Source: Dendrobates tinctorius
Taxonomy: Eukaryota
DNA length: 64,000 nucleotides
Assembly (NCBI RefSeq): GCF_039654945.1
Contig: NW_027361850.1
Location: 6,448,001 to 6,512,000, forward strand
Reading direction: 5' to 3'
Shown: piece after piece, positions 25,547 to 37,712 of the stretch
Numbering within the stretch: the stretch's first letter is position 1
How the letters are laid out: each line of letters starts with the position of its first letter
Made by a program: the position numbers and the translations under genes
Notes under the pieces: model-generated
Database searches by the model: none
The model's input: only the letters and a program-made list of their open reading frames with translations
What the model was told of the DNA's origin: nothing

Positions 25547-26643
25547 CACTTCCCTCTTTCTTTATTAACCGAAAGTTTCTGCTGATTTAAGTCCAGCCAC
25601 TTAGTGGCGTCTTCTGGTGTTGGAAAAAAATGAACCGTCCCCAGTGCTACAACTCTCAGTTTCGCTGGGTAGAGAGTAGAATACACCAACTTCAAATCTC
25701 TGTCTCCTTTTAACCCCTCCATAGCTCATCCTCTGTTTTCGTACCTCAGCCGAATAGTCTGGGTAAATAGAGATCTTCTGACCATTAATACACATGTTCT
25801 CAGCCGTACGAGCACACCTCAATATGGCATCTCTATCTCTATAGTTCAGGATCCTGGCAAGGACCGTGCGGGGGGGGATCCCACCGGAAGGGGTTTCATA
25901 GGAACTCGGTGAGCTCTTTCCACCACAAACATCTTAGACAGGTTATCACCACCTATCTTGTCCTGGAGCCATTTTTCAATAAATTTTGTAGGGTCATTTC
26001 CTTCAGTCTTCTCAGGGATACCCACTAATCTCACATTGTTTCTCCGTGAACTATTCTCTAGATCATCGGTCTTATTAATCAGAGCAGCACATTTTTGCAG
26101 ACACTGAGTGTGGGCCTTTTGCATTTTAGAGATATGGTCTTCCAACACACTCACTCTCTCCTCCGCTTCTCCCACTCTCTTATCCATTTTGCCCATGTCT
26201 GCCTTTATTGTATTAACTTCTGCTATAGTTCCATCCACTCTGTGAGTTAGCGTTGTTATCGCAATTTTGCATGATCTGATCAGCTCATAAATGTCCCGCA
26301 AAGTGGGCTCCCCTGTAACAATCTCCTCCACAGTCTCTTGCTCCACACCATCATTCCCCTTTCCATCTTCTTCCCCCTCCGGCCCCCCCTGCACCGTGTC
26401 AACCTCAGAGCCTTCTCCTTGCACACTCCTCCGTTCTCCAGCCTGTTCCTCCTTCTCTTCAGCCATCTCCTGCCGTGCTCCCTCCACCCAGGCATATTTC
26501 TCCAACTTGGCCGCCACTTCTAGCCTCTTTGCATATGAGGCATTTGCAGCGTCCGCTCTCTCAGCCGCCTCCACGCTGTCGGCGCCATCTTGGGTGCGGA
26601 TCCCCGCTCCTGCCTTGGCGTCCTGCTGCCTTCTCCGGACCAT
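25547..26643 (-). pseudogene. L1 ORF1 (coiled coil + RRM/CTD), two frameshifts
   Basis: DLENSSRRNNVRLVGIPE, VERAHRVP, IYPDYSAEV, and YPAKLRV in a shifted frame; 3' boundary approximate. Confidence 0.88.
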
Positions 26644-27603
26644 CTCTGCAGCTCCTCACCGTTTCACCCGTCGGGGTCGACCTCCCGGGTCTCCTCTCAG
26701 CCGTCCAGAGATTCACCAGCCTCCAGAGGGGTCCTATCGTCAGGATAATTGCCGGTCTCAGCGGAGGAGATCCAGAAGTCGACCGCTCACATCAGGTGCT
26801 AGGCCACGCCCCTTCTGATGCTTTATAGGCTAACATTGTAATGTCAACTTTTTTTTTTTCTAGACAGGAAAAAGAGTAAAAGATCATTAGTAAATTTTAG
26901 CATGATTTTTATAGGCACCAAGTCCTTCTATATGGCTCTACTATCAGTTCAATTGGAGTTTTGGGTGACAGTTCCTTTAAAATGTTTCTAATTTGCCTCA
27001 TCAATCCCACACCTAGAATATTACCATGATGCAAAATACCCTATCTTGTGTATAAAGCTTGGAGTTTTGTATATTCTGTGAATTAAAGATAGTTGAGAGC
27101 GCGGCCTCACAGGGAGATAATTTGGGAACAGTTTCTAGAATCCCACTCTATTGCTCCTACATCCACCTCCTATTTAGCTTTAACTATCAATGGGTCATTA
27201 TCCAGTTAGGATTACAATAGGCACTTATATATGTAAGAAATTAAACTCTTCGTATGACCTGTAGAAGCAATGGTATCTATTAGGGGATGATGTATGCTAA
27301 GATCCATCAGTACCGATTGAGCTGGAAGAGCATTTCGGATTTGTAGGTATTGGTAAAAAGTGTTACGTGATAAATTGAATTCCTCTGTGAGCTGTTGAAA
27401 ACATTTAAGGACCAAGATTGTAAATAATTGTTCTGTCGACCAGATCCCTTTTTTGCTTGCAGTCAGAAAAACCCTTTAACTTTGATACTTTACACCCAAA
27501 ATTGGCATTACGCATAGTGGTGTGTATTTGGTGAATCCCTTAATACCCATAAGTTTCTTTCCTCTGTCCCACACTTTATACACTAACGTCAATATGGGAG
27601 TAA

Positions 27604-28000
27604 AGGTACTGTCACACTAGGCGATATCGCTAGTAATATCGCTATAACTTGTGACGTAACAGCGATATTGCTAGCGATATCGCTGTGTCTGATACTTACC
27701 TACGACCGGCTTCCCCGCTGGTTATCGCTGATCGCGCGAGAACATCCAGGACTGTTTCTCGTCGTCAGCTTCCTGCGGCGCTTCCTGTGGAGAGACGAGC
27801 GACGAGCGTGGAGCCGGGCGGGAGGACGCAGGATCGCCTAGTGTGACAGGTAAGTAGCGACCCTCGACCCCAGCGATGTCGCTGGTGAGATCTGCCTGTG
27901 TGGCAGCTCACTAGCGACCACTTAGCGATGTACCAGCGATCCTGACCGCGTCATATCGCTGGTCAGGATCGCTGGTGCATCGCGAAGTGTGACAGTACCT
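27604..28000. mobile_element. Harbinger-type MITE (family also at ~49939-50317 and ~63400-63777)
   Basis: TIR AGGTACTGTCACAC; TAA duplication at 27601-27603 and 28001-28003. Confidence 0.82.
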
Positions 28001-28006
28001 TAAGAG

Positions 28007-28658
28007 CAGGGCTGTGGAGTCGGTAAGCCAAACCTGCGACTCCGACTCCTCAATTTCCCTTACACCGACTCCAACTCCGACTCCACGACTCCGACTCCCA
28101 CACATATTGCTTATATTTAAGTGAAAAATTTATTGTAGTACAATGTGAACCTCAGACATTTAATCATTTTTATAATCCAATAATCAAGATATTTAGATAG
28201 AACAGAATATATATTGGTGTACTACCCGGTTTTCATTCTTTTTGGTACAGATACGATATGGATAGACAGATATGGATAAATGGATAGATAGAGCAGATTT
28301 CTAATCTGCTTTTGCTATTGAAAACATTATCTATGAGCTCAAAAACCTTTCAGGTGATGCGGTTTTTTAAAAAGATGATCGGCTTTTGGAGCTGAAAAAC
28401 GTATCCTCAAAAAACACAGGAAAAACGCTGTGTGTGAATGTAGCCTTAGATCAGGAATAGAACAGTCATTTATAGGACATTTCATAACTTTCCCAAATTC
28501 CTATGAAAAAATATTCAGCACATCCTGCATTGAATTACTGTACCCAATTTATTATATATTTTAGGAGTCGGAGTCGGTCCAATTTATACCGACTCCAACT
28601 CCGACTCCACCAAAATGAGCACTGACTCCGACTCCACGACTCCGACTCCACAGCCCTG
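28007..28658. mobile_element. hAT-type non-autonomous element
   Basis: TIR CAGGGCTGTGGAGTCGG; perfect 8-bp TSD CTTAAGAG; subterminal (CCGACT)n; a related end fragment at ~2880-2958. Confidence 0.88.
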
Positions 28659-30022
28659 CTTAAGAGGATTCTCTTCGGGAGAAATCCCAGACTCCGGAAT
28701 ACACAAACGTGAGGGCCAGCTGGGAGGTGGAATAACAGGAATATTGTCTGCCAACAGGGTGCCGTATTCTCCATACGTCCACCATGCCAACCTCCTCTAT
28801 CAGATTATGTAGAGATGTATATTGTGCATTTTAAGAAATATTTCCCGTATGAAATTTATCCCAGAAAGGATTGGAAGTAGGTGTTAAAATTCCCTACTCT
28901 AAGAACTGGTGTCTCTAAAAATGGGAATTTATAAAAGAAATAATCCTTTTAAAGATTTCTGCTGAGTAAGGGAATGGAATATACAAAGCTTCTATAATAA
29001 AGTTAATATTGTATATGGTACAAGCAAGAGATCAAAGTCTTCCATCGGTATCTATTTTAAAGGAGGAACAGATAATTGGAATCGATCTATGCACTAAAAT
29101 GCTTACTCCCCGTGCATGAGTAGAAAAAACTGAATGGTACTCTGGACCCACACACAACCTCCTTAGAAATCGGAGTCTCTAACGAGTCATATGGGTTTCG
29201 GAAAGACTAATAATACCAGGCTGAAATTGTTGGATCCAAAAGAATACCATACATCTCTTGATTGCTTCCCCCAAGCCCCTGACATTCCAGGCTATCACAT
29301 TAATTATATGCGCCATATTAAGTAGTGTGTACTTTTAGAGCAGGATAAATCAGATTGAAACAAATTAAGGTCTTGATCTTCAAAATTTAGTAATTTGATA
29401 AGTACAGGCCTCAGTGGAGCCCCCCCCCCGGTGGCAAAGGACATGTAGGAACTCTGTGAGCTCTTTCAATTGCAAAAGATTGAGATAATGTATTTGCCGA
29501 ACATTGTAGACAGCCAGGATTCCAAAAATTCACCTGAATTACGGCCCTCCACTTTATCAGGAACCCTAAATAAACGTATGTTATTTCGCCAAAGCCTAAT
29601 TTGTTGATAATCAATCTAGTTGACAAAGGCATTGATATTCTGAAGACCTCTCCTGAGATCTTTATGCATAGTAGGCATTTGCTCCTCAACAGAACTCACT
29701 CTTTCATCCAACTCATTGACTGCTGTTTATTTTCTTATGAGATTAATGTCCTATTTAATCCCTTCCATCTGTTTGAAAGTTTCTAATGAGAGGCTGCAGG
29801 ATTTTACAGCAGAGAAGACCTCTTGTAGTGTAGGCTCGTGCCCAGAAACATTGGCTGGATTTGGTTCTCCATAGGTGTTAGTGATCTGTATTTCCTGCAC
29901 TTCTCTGTTTAACTGTTGCTGTGAGAGTGGTGCCATATTGCCACATTGCCTCTGCACAGACTCTGTAGCTTCCCGTCCTATGAACATACCTGATAAGGTT
30001 GAAATCATCTGAAGAGTTGTTA

Positions 30023-30359
30023 GGCTAGGTTCACATTACGTTTAACCAGCCTATTCAACGCATAGCATTGACGGGCTGGTTAAATGGTATAGCATAGCGC
30101 GATTGCGTTATGCTATACCGCTAGCGCAGATGTGTCATCTGTGCTAGCGGTGACGGAGCTTCAGACGCTGCAGCCCGTGTCCGAGTCTCCGTCACTGAAT
30201 GACGGCACATCGCGAACGCGTGCCGCTTTACGGCATGCGTCGCGATGCACCCGACAATGGAGGGCAATGGCAACATTAACGGACTGCGTTACACCGCGTT
30301 ATGCCGCGGTGTAACGAAGTCCGTCTAACGGACTGCTAAAACGAAATGTGAACCTGGCC
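30023..30359. mobile_element. Harbinger-type palindromic MITE
   Basis: TIR GGC(T/C)AGGTTCACATT; TTA duplication. Confidence 0.8.
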
Positions 30360-30672
30360 TTAGGGTCTAAGATCAGGCTAGCAAATCTCTCCAGGTTTGC
30401 TGCAGCAGCCTCAGCCACTCTCACTCTGGTTGATAGTGGAGGAGGCGCCATGTTGGAAGATATGTTATCTCGACTCTGCTCCTGATGCTTGCCTCTCGTC
30501 ATGCCTGAGTGCGCTTTAACGCTTCGTATATTCCAGGGACTTTCCCCCAGCCTTCAGTGAGAAGGAATTAGTATTTTACTGCTAATATCCGTAGAAATAA
30601 CAGGATACGGAGCAAAGCTCAGTGCTTCCTCTTCACATGGCCGTCAGGAAACGCCCTCCCCCATAACTACGA

Positions 30673-33600
30673 TTTTCTCCTACGCCTCATTGGGGGACAC
30701 AGACAGTGGGTGTTATGCTGCTTGCCACTAGGAGGACACTAAGTAAACCAGGAAAAAAAAAAAAGTTAACTCCTCCCCTGCAGTATACACTCTCTCGCTG
30801 GATGAGATTTCTCCAGTTCTTGCTTAGTGTCTATAGCAGGCACTTGGGTCTGGTTTCAGACCCCACCATTTTTATTTATTTTATTTTTGAATTTTCTGTA
30901 AATTTTAATTTTTTACTTAATGGAGTGAAGGGGGCGACGGTTCCTTTCTATGGCCCGCTCTCCCCCGAACCAACAACAGGCAAGCACGCGGAGTATACCT
31001 CCCCGTACACTTTTCTGCAGAGGATCTTACCTACAGTGCTCCCGAATGCCCTGAATCAGCCCCATAGCTCTCCATCCCCCTACCTCTAGGGTGGATCGAT
31101 TGAGCATACCCCTTTAAGAACTCCTCCAGCTCTGCTACATCAGCCCAGGAGGATGAGAAGACCTGCATGGATGGCACGGACAGCGACGGCAGGCCTGAGC
31201 ACTGGAGTAGAGGTATGGGGTCGGGTCCTGTTGCCCAGTAGAAGCGCAGATTGTCTCAGCAGCCCCCCGGCGCTTACCACGGGTAGGCCAAAAATTTAGT
31301 GCCCGGCTTTTCCGGCAATTTAATAGCGCCGCCGCCCCGCCTCCTTGGCGCCTCTCATCTCTTACGAAAGGCGCAATCCTAGTCTCGGGGGCCATGAAAT
31401 TTACCTCAGCCTGCTCTGGAAATAGGCTGTGAGGCGCGCACTCTGACGGATATCAGGTGACACCACAGGGCCACCGCTATTCCTCCTGGGGACACAGCAC
31501 AGGATCGGGGTAAGCTGCATCTGTCCTCAGAACACAGCTTAACCCCTTCCCGGAACATTCCCTGCAGCTGCAGTCCAGAATCTGCCTTTAACCCTTTCAG
31601 GAGCGCTATGTCTCAATCTAAGAAGGCTAATCGAGCTGCTAAGAAGCACATTGCGTTTTTTACCATGTATACCACTTGCAAGACTGCTGTGCCCAGACTA
31701 ATCCGTTATGCACGGACTGCGCTCCAACGCCTCTCTCCACCGCTGCTGCGGGGCTTCCTGCGTTTAGTCCCCCTGAGTGGGCTGCATCCCTGTCACGGTC
31801 TGTGGAGTCACTGTCCCAGACCGTAGACTTCCTCCGGGAAGCCTCTTTAAGTCAGAAAGCGTCTTTACCACCCGAGCAGGGCTCTGGCGATGGCGGGGAA
31901 CCGTCCACCAGCAGGGACCAAACTCGCTCAAGGGATGGTCAGGCTAGAAAGTTGGACCCCTAGTCACGCTTTCGCTTCAGCACCGGCAAGTTCTGTCTCG
32001 CTCTCCCTCTTCTATTGTTCGCTTCGAGCACGACTCTGAATTAGAATCTGACACGTCAACCCCGCAGTATCCTCCTACTGACCAAGAGTCACTTGATTCT
32101 CTTATAGAATCAGACAACAGGATTCTGGAGTTGGATGAGGAATATATTCTCGCTCCAGCACACGCTATCTCATTTAAGAAGACCAAATGTGTACGCAGGT
32201 TATTTGCCAGCCAACCGGAGTTTAAGGACATTTTCCAGAAACATAGGGTTCGGCCACATAAGCGGTTCACAGGGCTAAAGTCTACTGAGACTAAATACCC
32301 TTTTGCTCCAGACCTAATGAAGGATTGGTTACAGTCCCCTTCGGTGGACCCTCCTGTATCGCGTCTTGCTTCTAAAACGCTCCTATCCGTCTCTGAGGGC
32401 TCCCCAGTCAGAAACCCCTCTGATCGTCAAATTGACTACCTTGCCCACTCAGTTTTTGAAGCTTCAGGAGTGGCGCTTTTTCCATCTTTCGCGGCGACTT
32501 GGGTCACTAAGGCAATGGCCGCTTGGGCAGAAGTCTTAATTACTGCCTTCCAGGGTTCCAATCTTCCTCTGGAGGCAACCAGGGTCGCCAGGCAGATAAT
32601 TCACGCAGCGGACTTTGTAGTGGACGCTTCTTTAGATGCCGCCAATTGCGCTGCTCAAACTGATGCTAATGCGATCTCCATTAGAAGAGCCCTATGGCTC
32701 CGTGACTGGCGGGCGGATGCCACATCTAAAAGATCATTGTTTTTTTGAAGAGAAACTGGACCAGCTCATTTCTGATACTACCGGGGAAAGAGTAAATTCC
32801 TTCCTCAACAAAAGGCTGTTCGGCCGTTTCGGCGCCAACAGCCGACGCATTTTCGACCTTTTCGCAACAATTCCGGTTGGTCCTCCACTACCTTCTCTTC
32901 CGGATCAAGTCGGTCCCCGTGCGGAGACAGAGGCTCCCAGGTCTCATACAGACCTAACCGCTCTTGTAAGCCCAGGCCAAGGGCATCTGGATCTAGGGGA
33001 GCCAGACCCCATAGATCTTCTACGCAATGACTTATTGCGGTATCCGGCGGACACCGACAAAGTAGGCAGACGTCTCCTTTCCTTCAGCCACACCTGGCTC
33101 GCGGTCGTCCACGACAAGTGGGTCAGGGAGCTGGTGTCCTCCGGATACAAGATAGAATTTTCGTCCCCCCCCCTGACACGTTTTTTCCGGTCCTCACCCC
33201 CCAAGAAAAAGAGCCTTCCTTTGGGCTGTTCAGACTCTGCAAGGGGACGGAATAAGATGGTTGGTAGGAACCACCGACGCAAGTCTTCTGGCCTGGGGTG
33301 CGGTCTTTCATCACCACAAGGCACAGGGTCGTTGGTCAACCCGAGAGTCACGTCTCCCCATCAACATTTTGAAGATACGTGCGATAAGACTAGCTCTACA
33401 GAGTTTCCACCATCTCCTCGCAGGTCACCCCATCAGGATCCAATCTGACAACGCTATGGCTGTGGCGTATATCAACCACCAGGGAGGTACTCGGAGCAGG
33501 ATGGCCATGCACGAAGTGAGTCACATCCTCTATTGGGCCGAGACCAACCATTCTCGCATCTCAGCAATCCACATCCCGGGCGTAGAGAAATGGGCGGCAG

Positions 33601-35508
33601 ATTTTCTCAGTCGCCAGGGCCTTGCCTCCGGAGAGTGGTCTCTTCATCCGGAAGTCTTTCAGCAGATTTGTCATCTCTGGGGGACTCCGGATGTGGATCT
33701 CATGGCCTCAAGACTATACAACAAGGTTCCTCGATTCATTGCCCGATCGCGCGATCCATGCGCCATTGGAGTGGATGCCCTTGTTCTGTCGTGGCACCGG
33801 TTCCGGCTCCTGTATTCTTCCCCCCTCTTCCCTTGCTTCCGAGGGTCATCAAGAAGATCAGAACAGAGGGAGTACCAGTGATCCTAGTCGCGCCAGATTG
33901 GCCTCCCCAGGCATGGTACGCAGAACTGATACAACTGGTCGCCGACGTCACCTGGTGACTTACAGATCGCATGGATCTACTCTCTCAGGGCCCGATTTAC
34001 CACCAGAACTCCGGGGCCCTGTCTTTAACGGCGTGGCCGTTGAATCCTGGATTTTAGCACAGGCTGGATTCCCTCACGACGTGATTTCCACCATGATTAG
34101 TGCTAGGAAGCCTGTGTCCATGCGCATCTATCACCGCACCTTGAAAACCTTCTTTTCATGGTACAAGGATCATGGTCGATCCCCTCTGGTGTTTTTCATT
34201 CCGGCCATATTGGAATTCCTTCAATCTGGATTAAAGTCAGGCCTCGTGCTTAGCTCGCTCAAGGGCCAGATTTCGGCCTTGTCAGTGCTATTCCAACGCA
34301 AAATTGCCACCAAACTTCAGGTCAAGACGTTCATTCAGGAAGTCTCCCATGTGGTGCCTCCTTATAGAAGGCCATTGGAGTCATGGGACCTTAACCTGGT
34401 TCTCGGGGCCTTACAGGAGGCTCCTTTCGAACCGCTGCAGGATGTGCCACTGACCATCCTCTCTTGGAAGGTGGTCTTTCTAGTGGCAATTGCATCAATC
34501 AGACGAGTTTCGGAATTGGTGGCCCTGTCCTGCCGCCCTCCGTTCCTGAATTTTCATCAGGACAAGGCAGTTCACAGGACATTCCCGTCCTTCCTGCCCA
34601 AAGTCGTATCCTCTTTCCATCTCAATGAGGAAATTGTTTTGCCTTCCTTTTGTCCGGCACCAGTCCATTGCATTGAGAAGGCCCTCCACATCCTGGATGT
34701 GGTTAGGTCTTTGAGACGGTACATCTCGCGGACGGCTCCCTTCCACAAGTCAGATGCCCTGTTCATACTTCCAGAGGGGCATAGGAAGGGTCTAGCCGCT
34801 TCAAAAGCAATGCTAGCCAGGTGGATTCGCTTGGCTATTCAGGAATCCTACTGTGTCAAGAACGCACCTGTCCTAGTAGGGATTAAGGCGCACTCTACCC
34901 GCTCAGTGGGCGCCTCTTGGGCCATTCGGCACCAGGCCTTGGCAGAACAGCTCTGCAAGGCTGCGACTTGGTCCAGTCTGCATACTTTTACAAAACATTA
35001 CCAAATTCATTCTCAGGCCTCTGCGAATGCAGCTCTCGGGCAGACACATCCTGCAATCGGCAGTACCACAGTGTTAAGTCAGTGGTACATGGGGTATTAG
35101 CAGATGTATGCTCCCCACCCAGGGACTGCTTTAGGACGTCCTCCCCCAATGAGGCGTAGGAGAAATAGGGATTTTTGTGTACTCACCATAAAATCCTTTT
35201 TTCCGAGCCAGTCATTGGGGGACACAGCACCCACCCTGTTTAGCCTATTGGTTCACTGTAGCATTCTTAGGTTTTGACATAGTTATGGTTATTGTTGACT
35301 GTTTATGCTCTCCTACTGCTTTTTTCACCAAACTGGAGAAATCTCATCCAGCGAGAGGGTGTATACTGCAGGGGAGGAGTTAACTTTTTTTTTTTTTGGT
35401 TTACTTAGTGTCCTCCTAGTGGCAAGTAGCATAACACCATTGTCTGTGTCCCCCAATGATTGGCTCGGAGAAAAGGATTTTACGGTGAGCACACAAAAAT
35501 CCCTATTT
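30673..35508 (+). mobile_element. DIRS1-like tyrosine-recombinase retrotransposon, RT deleted
   Basis: Left ITR ~30673-30818 is inverted to right ITR ~35331-35459, followed by a 3' extension to ~35508. ICR at ~35144-35228 is complementary to both termini. Carries ORF1, RNase H (TTDAS, SDN, ADFLSR), a methyltransferase-like segment and a YR. Confidence 0.95.
33622..35100 (+). CDS. DIRS tyrosine recombinase ORF (true start probably ~34030)
   Basis: Uninterrupted frame with SSLKGQISALS, WDLNLVL, RRVSEL (Arg), HSTR (HxxR) and TFTKHY (Tyr). Confidence 0.85.
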   Translation: MPPESGLFIRKSFSRFVISGGLRMWISWPQDYTTRFLDSLPDRAIHAPLEWMPLFCRGTGSGSCILPPSSLASEGHQEDQNRGSTSDPSRARLASPGMVRRTDTTGRRRHLVTYRSHGSTLSGPDLPPELRGPVFNGVAVESWILAQAGFPHDVISTMISARKPVSMRIYHRTLKTFFSWYKDHGRSPLVFFIPAILEFLQSGLKSGLVLSSLKGQISALSVLFQRKIATKLQVKTFIQEVSHVVPPYRRPLESWDLNLVLGALQEAPFEPLQDVPLTILSWKVVFLVAIASIRRVSELVALSCRPPFLNFHQDKAVHRTFPSFLPKVVSSFHLNEEIVLPSFCPAPVHCIEKALHILDVVRSLRRYISRTAPFHKSDALFILPEGHRKGLAASKAMLARWIRLAIQESYCVKNAPVLVGIKAHSTRSVGASWAIRHQALAEQLCKAATWSSLHTFTKHYQIHSQASANAALGQTHPAIGSTTVLSQWYMGY

Positions 35509-36074
35509 TTTTTTAAAGAGATTGTCCAGCATTAGGCAGGCTTGCGGCGCTCTGTTAATGAAAGCAGTGCAGTAGAGAGCACGTGTGACTCTGGGCTGTG
35601 ACGTGCCGTAAAACTTCGCCCACAGCCCAGTCACTCAGGGGACACTGGGCTCCGCCTCGGTGATGGCAGGTCAGCTTCCAATTCTGTAAGTTGACATGTC
35701 ATCACTGGACATCACAGGCAGCAGCTGTGATGGGGATGAGTGGACAGCAATAGCGCCTCTCACAGGCACATTTGGAAACGCAGGGTATATTCAAGGTTTA
35801 CATCGATCTGCCCACTACACATTGTAGTGGACAACCTCTTTAACATAATCAGCATTTACTTACTGTGAAGGTCCAGTGTATTTTGGAAAAAGAAGTATTC
35901 CAATCAAATCTTAAATGGCGCGTTTGACCTCTTAGCAGTTCTGAGCTAGGGCGCTGTTTTGTTCCACTAAAGAAACCCTATTTGAAATGATTCTGCTCTG
36001 ACAGGTTCCACTTAAAACATTTTATTAATGCTGTAAGCAGACTAAGTTGCACTTTTTTAAATTTTCTTTTACAG

Positions 36075-36148
36075 GTTGTTTTAGGAGGAGGACAGGAAGC
36101 CATGGATGTGACAACGACATCCACCAGGATTGGTAAATTTGAGGCAAG
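36075..36148 (+). CDS. EIF3I: EIF3I exon 9
   Basis: ttacag|[25 protein letters not shown]|gtaagc. Confidence 0.97.
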
Positions 36149-36243
36149 GTAAGCAAGACTAATATAACAGTTTTCTTCATGGGATAGTAAATTAAAGTAG
36201 CCATTAGGTGTAAACTGTATGTTTTATGTTTTTCTTCTTTTAG

Positions 36244-36336
36244 ATTTTTCCATGTTGGTGTTGAGGAGGAATTTGGGAGAGTGAAGGGTCATTTTGGACC
36301 CATCAACAGTTTAGCATTCCATCCTGATGGCAAAAG
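36244..36336 (+). CDS. EIF3I: EIF3I exon 10
   Basis: ttttag|[30 protein letters not shown](S)|gtaagt. Confidence 0.97.
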
Positions 36337-36414
36337 GTAAGTGTAATTTCTTGTAGTCTTGGAGTAAATCTGTAGGTAACATCATTGTGATGAGTTTTTT
36401 CCATCTCCTTACAG

Positions 36415-36496
36415 TTACAGCAGTGGCGGAGAGGACGGATACGTCAGAATACATTACTTTGATCAGCAATATTTTGACTTTGAGTTTGAATCTTGA
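36415..36496 (+). CDS. EIF3I: EIF3I exon 11 (terminal, stop TGA 36494-36496)
   Basis: ttacag|[26 protein letters not shown]. Exon lengths sum to 978 nt. Candidate polyA signal ATTAAA at 36668-36673. Confidence 0.97.
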
Positions 36497-37194
36497 GCTT
36501 CTGTCTCTTCGCTGACTGTTCAGAATACAAGGGATCCTATCCTCACAAAATATTCATGTAAAAACAGTGCAAAGTACATTATGTCCAAAGAATGTTGGAC
36601 TGATTAATTTTTGGATTTAGCCTTGGAAATGGAGTTTCATCATGTTCATTTTTCCTTATGTGAAAGTATTAAAATATAAACTAGATTGGCTGTTAAGCTT
36701 TGATTTGTGTTTTGTCCACAATGCGTTTTGTTAACAAGGTGTTCTGAAATAAGGAAAAGCTATGTCAACAAGTACTATTCATTTCCTTAGTAAGTGAGCA
36801 TACATGCGACCTACTCACCAATGACAGCCGTTGACAGAATTGCTTCATTCAAATGGACTTTTCTGACATTTATTAAAACTCTTATTTTTTTAATCCTTTT
36901 TTTTTTTTTACTTTTGTGTGTTAAATAACAGGAAATGCATTTTTTTTTAAATGTTTTTACTTTTTCAGATGAAATATTTTTTTGGGATGTTTCACCTGCA
37001 TGGCCAAGAACAACATTGCATAATCATGTCTATTCACATTAGATGCATGCGTTTTATCAAATTGATTTCTATCTGCTTAATAACAAGCACATAAAAAAAC
37101 ACATTGAAACCACAGCTAAAACGCAGTGTGGAAATATACACCTAATCTGAAACTGCAGCAATTACCTTTACAGATTTAACCAAAATGTGAATAG

Positions 37195-37712
37195 TAAAGA
37201 AGCGCTCCCATCCAAGTTTTTACCTGTTAATATATTGCAATCCTCATATTATATAGCACTGTGCACTTATAATTACTCATTTTGCCTTTCTACCCACTTT
37301 TCTGTTAGGTCTATGATATCACGGGATTAAAAACAGACTACCCAAATCTTTCTAAGCTTTAAGTAGAAGCAAAAAGTTTCTCTTCCCGACATGAGGCATT
37401 AGAACTACAATTCTACATCACTACAAAGACAGGGCAGAGGGGCGAAGTAGCTGGGTTAAGAGTTGAAGACAGCATGAAGCTGGATTGCCGTGGACTTTGC
37501 AGTGGTGTAGAATTGTAGTTCTAATGATGACTCATGCAGGGAAAAGAGACTTCCTGTTTCTACATGGATGATGTGATTTCATAGACCTAATGAAAAAATA
37601 ATAATTAACTGGATAGAAGGGCAAAATGAGCAATTGTAAGTACACAGTGCTATGTAATATGATTGCAATATATTAAGAGGATAAAAACTTTGATGGGAGG
37701 AGTGCTTCTTAA
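37195..37712. mobile_element. Palindromic MITE (Kolobok/T2-type) between the convergent EIF3I and MTMR9-like 3' ends
   Basis: AAGAAGCGCTCCCATC ... GATGGGAGGAGTGCTTCTT; the two halves are reverse complements over most of their length. Confidence 0.72.

Larger units (their letters stand above)
21203..26812 (-). mobile_element. Full-length L1-clade LINE (~5.6 kb), antisense in EIF3I intron 8
   Basis: TSD TTCTGATGCTTTAT at 21189-21202 and 26813-26826; 5' end GGGGCGTGGCC; ORF1 followed by ORF2; AATAAA near the 3' end. Confidence 0.95.
26990..30662 (-). mobile_element. Older, internally deleted L1 interrupted by DNA transposons
   Basis: Remnants FQQLTEEFNLSRNTFYQYLQIRNA (ORF2 3'), IAWNVRGLG at ~29270-29300 (APE start), FAIERAHRVP and EPTLQEVFSAVKSC (ORF1). 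Confidence 0.75.
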
